This document shows positions 24,301 through 32,875 of a stretch of DNA of 64,000 nt, piece by piece; the first letter of the stretch is position 1, and the number at the start of each line of letters is the position of its first letter. Under the pieces are notes generated by a model. It saw only the letters and a program-made list of their open reading frames with translations, searched no databases and was not told the origin of the DNA. The DNA is from Pavona decussata. Taxonomy: Eukaryota. A program made the translations under genes and the position numbers. The stretch covers positions 2,542,001-2,606,000 of the forward strand of contig CDRNST010000186.1 of NCBI GenBank assembly GCA_977016875.1, in the 5' to 3' direction.

Positions 24301-27300
24301 ATTAATAATACATGGTTACTTTGGAAAAAAGATGCTTTAATTTTTAGCTTTATCTTTTACTAGCTGTCATCGACCGCAAAATAATTCCTCCGATGCAAAC
24401 ATTATTGTAGAATAGTTCAGTGACATCTATAAATTCAAACTACAAAAAAAAAATCTTGAGAAAAACAACTGACCTTGTCTAAGCATGTTCAGGTTGGCTG
24501 AAAATCCGCGGCGTTAATTTAACTCGAAAATTATTTTGAGTGCTTATTTCATAGAAAAATAGAAACCTTTCATTACCTGGTCAGTTTCTTTCAAGTTATG
24601 GTAAAAAGTTTGAGATGTAACCCTCGGTTTTTCTTCTTCTTCCAAACTTGCACACTAGTACCCTATAAACTTTATAGAGGCTTCACCATCAATCCACAAT
24701 AAACGGTATAAAAAAAGCTTACCAATTTGAACTGACATTCGGCTCTCCTACGAAAAAGATGCTCAGAATTGATAGCTACTTCTTCAAAGGAAGTAATTGG
24801 ACATTTGAGCGCTATAGTATAGATTGCTTCAGCCTTGTGATATTCTTTCGCACGAAACTTGTCGTCACCAATCTTTTTAAGCTCTTCCACGTTTAGTACG
24901 CCCTGCAAATACGTATACAGAAAGCAGAAGTCATCAAGGAAATTCAAAAGAAATTAAAACGCGATCACTGGGGAAGTGAACAACCATGTTGGTTCCGAGC
25001 TGGATATTATCGACATATCGACCCAATTAAACGGTACGTGTACATTAGCGTTTACATTTCGCAAATACAATTCTGTAAGATATTTTAAACCGACGTTTCG
25101 GCAATGCCGATTGCTGAAACGTCGGTTTAAAATATCTTACAGCGTCAATTTTATAATATTGTGAATTCATATTTATTAACTACGCTGCGCAGTATTACGA
25201 TCTTTCTTACATATAAGGAATGTTTAATGGCAGAGCACAAAGGAACAGCGATGTTTCCTTTAAGGCTGGTTTCCATATGATCGCAGATCGCAATAAGCGT
25301 CTGCGATCATATGGAAACCAGCCTTTACTTTCACCAAATTTTTTCTTCACATGCCCATAACAAGCACTGTACTATGACTTATAAAGGCTTGTTGAAACGG
25401 TTCCAACATTTGACCAACATTCGTTCAACAAAAGTTGTACAGATGTAGGTCAAATAGTGTTCAAACGTTTCCAACGCAATTCAAGATTTTCAAGAATAGA
25501 GGATGTTGAATCGATGTTGAATGAAAGTTTGAACCAATTTAAACTTGATTCAGCAAGCTTGGCAACAAGCTTTCAAAATTTTTATGTTGAAACGACAGAC
25601 CTGTTTTAACGTCCCTGACATTTGGTTCAACAAACTGTTGAACGCATTGAAGCAAATGTTGAAACCGTTTAAACGGGCCTTAAGTCACTGATTTCAGTAT
25701 GAATCAGTTTAAAAAAAAAAAAATCAACATGAGATCGCTGATCCTTACCATGAATGACAGCATCATTAAGTGCGCAATTTCTGAACTATAAATTCAAAGG
25801 AAAGGAATTAAAACACAAATTAAAAACAGCAGCGTTCTTTAGCTAGAGAGTTTATCTGCGGAACGAAGACGGCAGTAACATTTACCAGTAAGTGGAGGCG
25901 TTAAATCCGAAATTAAAAAAAAAAAAAAAAGAAAATTGCCTATTTTGTTAAACATGCAGCAGACAGTCGTCCTCCACTACAATATAAAATAATTTCCATT
26001 TCTTTAAATGTTCTTCTGATCTAAGGTACACTTAGAAGCTATTGGCTTGTTTACCAAGGGCAATTCCCAGTTTTATGTGAAGGCTCATTTTGCTTCTGAG
26101 ACCTTCAAATGATCCATGCAGGAACTATTTTTTTAAGAACTAAACTTGCATGAATTAAAGTAGTAATATTCCTTGTCTGCGGCGCGACCAAAATTATTTC
26201 TGAGGATCTCGGCTTTATTAGTCCGTTTTTATACCATGAACCTCTATCGTGGCATTTTAGTTTTGCAGTTTCTTAACCGAGTAACTGATTTTTCGTGTGA
26301 ATGCTTTCTGCACCAATTGTACACTAAGAGGTCACTTAAAGTCATCAATGGTCATATAAAATGGCGTTTGGATTGCTCCAATCATTGAAAAAATTGTTCA
26401 GTTTAATTTTAAAAGATACATTTTAAGTGCTATGCAATACCGAGCAGAAACTCGCTATCTGCAACGCTACTGCAACGGAGAGATCAAATTTGACAGCCAT
26501 GTCAATGAACGATCGAGTAGCTCAGGACGGGAAAGGAGAAAATTTCTTCTAGAACAACAAGCTTTACTACCTAATTACATCCATTTTGAAATCACTGGTG
26601 ATCCTTGGAATCTGATTGGTCCAAAATGATGCAATTTATTCCCAAATTGCACCATTTTTTGCTCTAAATTGCATCCTTTCTTTAGCCCATCAAAATGGAA
26701 ATGAAGTAACACAAATAGAATATTAATATTGACAATGATACTCTGTGATTTCGAAATGGATGTAGTTAAGTGGTAATTAAACTTCGTGTTGTGCAATTTT
26801 GGTCTGAAATCATACTTGTGATTTCAAATCAAACTCGCATTGCGCGCTCGTTTGATTTTGAAATCACGCGTATGATTTCAGACCAAATTGCACTCCACTC
26901 AGTTCAATTACCAATATAAATTAAAAAGTTAAACTTTATTTACAACATAATATATTAATAAAAAAGAGGTTACAATTAAGTCAGAATAACTGAAAAGCTA
27001 ATCGAGCTGAGTAAAACTAAATAATGTTTAAATAAAGCTTGAGCAAAACAATTGATTAATCACTAAAAAAAGATGAAAAGAATAAATAAAATAAATACAG
27101 TCGAACCTCCACTAACGGCCACCTCTCCACAACGGCCACCTCTCTACAACGGCTACATTTTTTTGTCCCGGCGGACAGTCCATACATTAGCTCTTGTTTA
27201 AACCTCTCTACAACGGCCACCTCTCTACAACGGCAACGGCCACTAAAGTGCGTCCCCAACTGCCAAAATAACCTCTCGACAACGGCCAGTACAGTTCTTT

Positions 27301-28388
27301 TTTGTAAAAACCATTTTTTATAAACATGCAGTAATCGACATTTGTCTTCGGAACATTACGTTTCTGTATCCATTTTAATGATATACGTATTTTGATTGTG
27401 TTCCATTTTTATGCTGCAGTAAGCATAAATTGTCTACAATAATATAGCGAATATTGCGAACCTTGCTCGTTTCGTCTGTTAACATTTTGATTCAAAACAT
27501 TATTTACGTTTTATTGTGTATTTTATCTATATATATATATATATGTTATTTAAGATTGGATTGCCATTATAGCATGAACTTGGCACAATAAACATGTTGT
27601 ACTTCCCGAAAAAAAAGGTGTCATATTACACCCCTACCTCCCCATAACGGCCACCTCTCCACAACGGCCACTTTCTTCTGTCCCCAAGGTGGCCGTTGTG
27701 GAGAGATTCAACTGTAAATAAGTACCAGTTGAAAACTCATGAACCCTTGATCCCTACTCTATTTCACACGGCAAACAAATATCAAAGCTACCGATAGCTG
27801 AACCTTTCTTTTCGTTTTAAAATCCATCGAAATGTCTTGACCTTTGTTTAACTAAATTCTTCTAAAAGCTTTGAATTGAACTAGGTTTCCAACTATTGCC
27901 TCTGTACTGGCGACAGTCTTGTAGTCAATTAGGTTGCAACTATCGACAAATGGCATAAACAGTAACAGCATTTCCTGCTTTGATACAAACAACTCAAAAG
28001 ATTTTACAATTAATCCTCCCATCCACATTCTCATGAGAAGTAGAACTACGTCCAACACCATGGTCAACAGCACGGCGGAAAAGTGCAACGGATTTTGATA
28101 AATAGAATATGAATGCTAACACTTTTAGATTTCATCCACAGACTCAAAAGCTAGAGTAACGTCTTATTTAATTCAACACAAGTAACAAGACTGTATAATT
28201 AAGTTCTGTTCGCTAGCTTTCATTTAGATGATAGCAGGTTGAGACTCATGCGCAGGATTAAAAGCAAAATAAGAACATAAACTATTTTTAGAAAGGATTT
28301 TCGCGGAAAGTGTTTTATAACAAAGTAATAAGGCGAGCGCTCACCTTTCCTCCTCGTCCATCCAGGATCTTGCTCCACCTTCCGCCAT
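343..28388 (-). CDS. HELZ2: Gene A: multi-exon HELZ2-like helicase/RNB exoribonuclease with N-terminal TPR and CCCH zinc fingers; 3' part continues beyond the window start
   Basis: Phase-compatible GT/AG exons read manually: 28345-28388 (MAEGG...), 25749-25785, 24723-24902, ~23158-23297, 22025-22198, 21590-21625(+gap), 19311-19405, 18785-18871, 18118-18207, 17274-17351, 16462-16513, 16038-16127, 13999-15171, 12642-13604, 12327-12471, 11671-11860, 10742-10858, 9588-10150, 8620-9064, 7688-8001, 6899-7169, 5864-6316, 5408-5483, 3378-4637, 343-2972. Motifs: GPFGTGKT (Walker A), IDEAAQ (Walker B), GDHMQ, ENYR, LNTAVTRAR, RNB TIDPPRSLDLDDAL and FTSPIRRY. The helicase/RNB part is solid; linkage of the 5'-most exons is less certain. 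Confidence 0.85.
3378..8001 (-). CDS. Gene A helicase domain 1 (UPF1/SF1B-like), 5 exons, plus acidic linker
   Basis: LNENQK (Q motif), FGPFGTGKT, THSNRAAD, LIDEAAQ, TGDHMQ, ENYRCH, NVQGEEF, LNTAVTRAR. Small exon 5408-5483 (VQAIRNSLRKENLKEVKVDTIHNVQG) is not in the ORF track. Confidence 0.93.
4776..5169. mobile_element. Non-autonomous TIR element (MITE)
   Basis: 14-bp terminal inverted repeats AGGGTTTCCCTAGC ... GCTAGGGAAACCCT, AT-rich non-coding interior. Confidence 0.55.
11671..15171 (-). CDS. Gene A CCCH zinc-finger region (ZC3H7/HELZ2-type fingers) with Ser/Thr-rich linkers
   Basis: CRHFSANMRCPKEPCTFPHG..ELTMWTMER, CRQYAVNSCLRTTCSFPHG..ELLMWTMER, and a finger split by an intron LCR|SCYTRERCRFGRGCIFAHS.QELNEW; preceded by W..IRPYP and CKACEN motifs typical of ZC3H7-family fingers. 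Confidence 0.85.
16636..16762. mobile_element. Short palindromic MITE (GGCC-terminal, PIF/Harbinger-like)
   Basis: GGCCCAGTTGTTCAAAGAGCGG ... CCGCTCTTTGAACAACCGAACC inverted termini with internal TGGATA/TATCC repeats. Confidence 0.65.
17568..17950. mobile_element. TTAA-flanked MITE (Kolobok/piggyBac-type target site)
   Basis: TTAAGGACGGTGCCTACT ... AGTAGGCACCGTCCTTAA perfect termini plus long imperfect internal inverted arms. Confidence 0.8.
19311..24902 (-). CDS. Gene A TPR-repeat exons
   Basis: ELKKIGDDKFRAKEYHKAEAIYTIAL...LFRRRAECQFKL; KSLFIKMKAIESLGDYVQALPYAVLCRHLRP; LLRRAECLLNL|(G)RHGEAKDDCAKV|LYFESGNERAL match the TPR helix-pair consensus; canonical splice sites. Confidence 0.75.
19691..21273. 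mobile_element. ~1.6 kb non-autonomous DNA transposon with long (~130-150 bp) imperfect TIRs
   Basis: GGTGAGGGTAAAAGGCGGCATGAGTTTGCGGAATGGCATGTGGCATG...GCGAAATACGATACTTGC at 19692 is mirrored by GCAAGTATCGTATTTCGC...CATGCCGCCTTTTACCCTAAC ending ~21271; no transposase ORF. Confidence 0.75.
21303..21367 (+). repeat. (AG)n microsatellite
   Basis: Uninterrupted AG dinucleotide run. Confidence 0.98.
21372..21530. repeat. Imperfect palindromic short interspersed repeat
   Basis: CGCAGTTACGTATGCAA..AAGAAAGCCTAAAAA mirrored by TTTTCTAGGCTTTCTTT..TTACGTACATAACTGCG; central B-box-like GGATTCGAATCCC. Confidence 0.5.
21626..21777. other. Assembly gap (N run)
   Basis: Run of N that abuts the 5' edge of a TPR exon. 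Confidence 1.
25073..25142. repeat. Near-perfect 70-bp palindrome
   Basis: CTGTAAGATATTTTAAACCGACGTTTC..GAAACGTCGGTTTAAAATATCTTACAG. Confidence 0.85.
25262..25325. mobile_element. Minimal hairpin MITE (26-bp perfect arms)
   Basis: AAGGCTGGTTTCCATATGATCGCAGA - 12 nt loop - TCTGCGATCATATGGAAACCAGCCTT, flanked by TAA/TTA. Confidence 0.7.
25385..25680. mobile_element. MITE with imperfect TIRs and internal TTCAAC/GTTGAA repeats (Harbinger-like)
   Basis: AGGCTTGTTGAAACGGTTCCAACATTTG ... CAAATGTTGAAACCGTTTAAACGGGCCT. Confidence 0.65.
26572..26920. repeat. Interspersed repeat with long 3' hairpin
   Basis: GTGCAATTTTGGTCTGAAATCATAC..GTGATTTCAAATCAAAC mirrored by GTTTGATTTTGAAATCAC..GTATGATTTCAGACCAAATTGCAC (~26791-26893). 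Confidence 0.6.
27098..27714. mobile_element. Tc1/mariner-pogo-type MITE with TA target duplication
   Basis: TA|CAGTCGAACCTC ... GAGATTCAACTG|TA; multiple internal ACAACGGCCACCTCTC repeats. Confidence 0.8.
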
Positions 28389-30182
28389 TGCTAATTTCAG
28401 ACTGAAATAATTCAAAGCGATACATCAGCGAGAAAAGAACTGAAACACAAAACAAGATTTAATTAAATAACTCTCAAAACTGCAACTGGACAGATTAGGG
28501 TGGTAGAAAATCGTAAAGCTTTGAATGGAAGGTAATGCATATCTTAAATAATAAAAATACGTCGAGTTGACAGACCAAAGCTAGTAATTTATTGTGTGCT
28601 GATGATTATTCTGTATCATTGAATAATTTAGTTCACTTAGCCCTGAAAGGTCACCTAATGGTTCAATTTCAAAAGTTATATTAGTAAGAACGATTGTTCA
28701 ATTGATTGATGGCTGCCCGTCTGAGGAGCTTTGAAGGTATCAATCTGCATATAAAAATAGCCCAACGAAATCAAGTGGCTTAGAAATGTAAGCATATGAC
28801 CATGCATTTATCTGATATAACAGTCCTTAATTATTGACCATCATTTCTAGAATTGAAACACGAACGTCTATTTAAGAATCAACAACACAAACCATGCACA
28901 CCTTGGTTTCTTCAGAGATTAATCTTACAGACCGTCTATTATATTTAGTCTAATAATGTCTATGCCGATTGAAGAGGGCGATTGTCGCCGCAAAGTGTAA
29001 TCACAAAAGCGCTAAAATTGCGAGAATCCTTGAGGCCCTTAAGATGCAAACATAGGATATTTCTTCAAACTGAACATTGCCGGGGTAACAGCTCCCGGAC
29101 GATTTTCAACGCATCATCTAATGCTAATGGATCAATACCGTAACTCGAGTTGTTGTGTCTCCGTTGGACCTTATAAAGTGTCGTGTTCAAACTTGTCGGT
29201 AAAATCGTGATGTGTAACAGCATCTTATGGCTTTAGATGGAAAGCAGGCTTAACGTAAGCGGCCCTTCGAGGACGAAACTCACGGTTCCTTCTCGAAAGA
29301 TTTCACCTCTTGTTGATGTAAAAAAAGAATACAGTATGAGTGGCTGGACTGGACGTTGACCAAAGTTCAATCTCGCTTTCGTCCAACTCTCTATTGTCGA
29401 CCTCCGGCATTCTCCTTTAATTGTTATGTGTCCCTTATTTATCTATTGATTATTCTTTGCCACCAAAGTGTTAGTGCAGTAAGATTATAAATTATTTCAA
29501 TAAAGGTAATGGCAAAGTTATTCTGGCCGATATTGTTGAACTCATGATGCTTTGGTTTCGAGGTTTTGCATTTGACGATTTCCTGTGTCAGTGGTTGCCT
29601 CGTCTGTGCTGGTGCTTGCGTCGTGCTTGGTTTCAATGGTTTCAAATTCGATCAATTTCTCTCGACGGAACAATTCTCTGTAGCGTGAATCTCAAACCGG
29701 AATTGAATAGGATATACACTTGTAATCTCTTCAGAAACGATTTGGAGATTTAAAGCGCATTGTTGTACCCGGTGACAGTTCTTAAAATGTTCATCCATAA
29801 CTGCATGCCTTATTTTTAACATCCGCCTGGTAATTTGAAAGACTAGCCAGCTTTATTTTTAGAAAACGGACAATAACCGAATTTAGTACTTCAAGTAAAA
29901 CATTTTCTCTTCGATGAAATTTAGAAACAACATGCCTGACCCTGTACACGAAACATCGGCATTTCAATAGCATATGCTGCAGTCAAATAAGATTTACTTA
30001 CATACCTTACACTGGTGAAGATTTCCCCTCGTACTCGCACAACACGAGTTTATACGTGTCTATTATGAATTACATGACTTTTCTTTCCAACGAAGCAATC
30101 TGTCTTTAGCTACTCGCATCAGCTAACAAACAAAATAAAAAATATTTTATTCAAATTACCTTTGATAACCCTTAATTTCCGC

Positions 30183-30222
30183 TTCCATGAAAAAGCTTTC
30201 ATTTCCGGTTGTTTTCTCGGAA
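30183..30222 (-). promoter_or_regulatory. Candidate immune-inducible promoter module of gene A: GAS - ETS/IRF composite - GAS
   Basis: TTCCATGAA (30183-30191), CCGGAAATGAAAGC on the minus strand (30195-30208), TTCTCGGAA (30214-30222). It lies ~170-210 bp upstream of a minus-strand splice donor at ~30005-30010 that could end a non-coding first exon spliced to the acceptor at 28402. Confidence 0.4.
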
Positions 30223-30876
30223 ACCGTCGGATGACATAACTGGAGAGTGCGTCTGAACCTGTCACAACATGACTCCGTGAACAGCTGTTGACACTAGAAG
30301 CAAGGCCTTCATCGTCAGATAAAATTAGCCTTAGACTTCGTGAAGAGCGAAGCCTGGGGAGAGACCCAAACAAAATGGCAGCCACACGATCAAGCTTGTT
30401 TGAAACCGAAGAAACAGTATTTGAAAGAAATTGTTTGGTAGAATCATTCATTGATTGGGAGAGTGATTGTTTTGAGCTTGTACTGACTACGACTAATGTC
30501 AGAAGTCCGTCGCTGGTGTGAACGGTGAAAACGATGCTCCTACAAGAATAGTTCGTGTTTTGTTCCACTAGAATAAACCTGTACACGGTGTCGGACGCTA
30601 CCTTGGTTGGGGGGGCCAAACACGGCTAAAAGTTTCAGTAAATCGTGGGGATTTTGGCTGACTTTGATTACTCCGCTTAACACCGACGTACTTTCAAAAA
30701 TAAAAGAATGGTTATTCTATATCTCCGCTACATCAGTCAGATTAGATGAAAAAATTAAAACATTTTAGACACATGTTACGACGTTCGTGTTACGACGTTC
30801 GTTAATTACCACCTTTAAGTTTTGCCACGTTTGCCGCTCATGCAACCAAAATTGCGTCAGAAACGGTGAAAATAGC

Positions 30877-31293
30877 TGAATTCATATTAGAGACGGAAAA
30901 TCGTCTGAGACGGGAAACTCATCACAAGACGGAAAACTCATCAAATGTGAATCCGGTGTGTGACGAGTTTCCCGTCTCAATTTATCCGTCTAACCTTCCC
31001 GGCCAAACCGACAAAAAAGTTGGACGAGAAACTCGTCAGCGACGAAAATCCGTCCTAAATTCCTATTAGACGTGAAAATCGCGACGGGATTTCTGTGTGT
31101 CGTAGGATTTAAGACTGGACCGAGAGATCCCCCAAGTGCTTCTGGGATAGAAAATCCAACATGGCGTCGAAGCTGAATTTCACATTTCTCGGAAAACTAA
31201 CACGGTTAACCGTCCTTTAAATTCACACTAGTCGGGTTTTTGTGAGACGAAATTCCGTCCGAGAGGAGTTTTCCGTCTTCTAATATGAATTTA
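30877..31293. mobile_element. MITE-like inverted-repeat element
   Basis: AATTCATATTAGAGACGGAAAA ... TTTTCCGTCTTCTAATATGAATT with internal GACGG/CCGTC repeats. Confidence 0.55.
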
Positions 31294-32875
31294 ATGTCTA
31301 TCAGCTACTGCAAGGGCAAGGCACAGAATGGAACAGGCAACGAGTGTACTTACGATCGTGTCCTAAATAGGTAAACTTGAACTTTAAAATCCGTTTATCT
31401 GCACTGTGTTGTATCAACAGTCCAGTTCACACGGCCTTCTCTAGGATCGCAACGCCTTATGGGGCATTCACGTGCGGAAACTTGGAATGTCGTCCGACTG
31501 ACTGCACTGACAGCTTACCTGCGCATGATCCAGACAGAGTAACTGCGGAGCGATTGTCTTGGCAATGGAGCTAAATATATTGAGCAACGAAGCTGCAAGC
31601 TGCTCGTCTCCTACCCATTCCACTCGTTTTAAATAGATGCTGAAGACGGGAAATTTATCAAACTTCTTATCAACTCTGAGATAGCCTGGACGAGTTGTAG
31701 CAGTCCTATTTGTGTGCTGCCAGAGAAATCAAATGTAGATGTGGGTAGCTAAAAGTGACCTGGCTCGGCTTCACTTCGCACGTTGGACTCAGACCATTTA
31801 GAATTTCTTAAGTGCTATTTTCGTGAAATTTAGTGAAAAATGTGTATAGAAATAGTAAGGGCCTGTTAAGGGCCCGAAATGAGAACGCCGTATTTAGAGA
31901 TCACGAGATGGTTGTGAATAACTAGGAAATTTCACGTTGGAATGCTGTGGCTGACTTTTCAGGTCCGCTAGGCTACGCTATCAGAGCAATTGATTGGCTC
32001 CCCTTTTCTCTTTATGCACAGTGGGTTTGCTCTTTACGGCACCTTGCCAGTTTTCTTTCATCTTGTTTTTGGTCAATATGGCACAAATTTCCATTAACGC
32101 AGATGTGGCTGTGTAAGACCACAGTGGCTTTGTAAAACTAAAAGGCAATAAATAAGTTTATTCGCTGAAGGATATTTTGTCTATCCCCACCCTGCTTGTT
32201 GCGACAGTATCATGATATTTCAAATTCTCTGTTCATTTTTAATAGTCAGGTGCTATGACGCTGGCAAACCCTTGAATCGTTTTGCGGTCCTTTGCCACTA
32301 ATTCACTTTGTCATTATGGCACGGTCTTTTGGAAACTTTTCGTCACAACGTCAAATGCGGAACAATTAATTTTATTGAAGATATTACAACTTATTATAAC
32401 CAACAAAGTAAGTTTATGCAAAAATTGACATTGGATGTACGTTGCATATAATTGAGGTTCAATGGCATTAAATTTTACTACCCTACCACTTCTACAATTT
32501 AATATAGTTTTGCATTTACGGCTTTAAAAAACTGCATGTTCCTTTAAAAACTGTAATTCGTTCTACTGGGCCTGGATATCGTAGCAACTGGGAGTCTGAT
32601 TAAAAAAATCAAAAGTTGTCATAGTCATATTTACACGAAAATCATATCGACATAATTTATCCGAAAAAACCAAGTCCAGGAAGGATATATTGACGCTAAA
32701 TCGTATACTACTCTAGGTTAATCCATGCCCACGATTTGTCTTATAAAAATGCTATAGTGAGCTAAACGTCACAAATATTACGTGTCCTCGTTTTCAGAAT
32801 GAGTAATCGATTCTGTGAGAAATATGGTATAGGTTAATACAATTAGAGAACTGGTAGAGATGTGGAGACTTCAGT

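Noticed and set aside
27110-27290. Repeated ACAACGGCCACCTCTC units resembling a CRISPR array
   Set aside because: Irregular spacing, no unique spacers, eukaryotic context, inside a TA-flanked MITE.
30119-30619. 166-aa minus-strand ORF upstream of gene A
   Set aside because: No recognisable domain, Ser-rich, not ATG-initiated, overlaps the putative promoter and repeat-like sequence.
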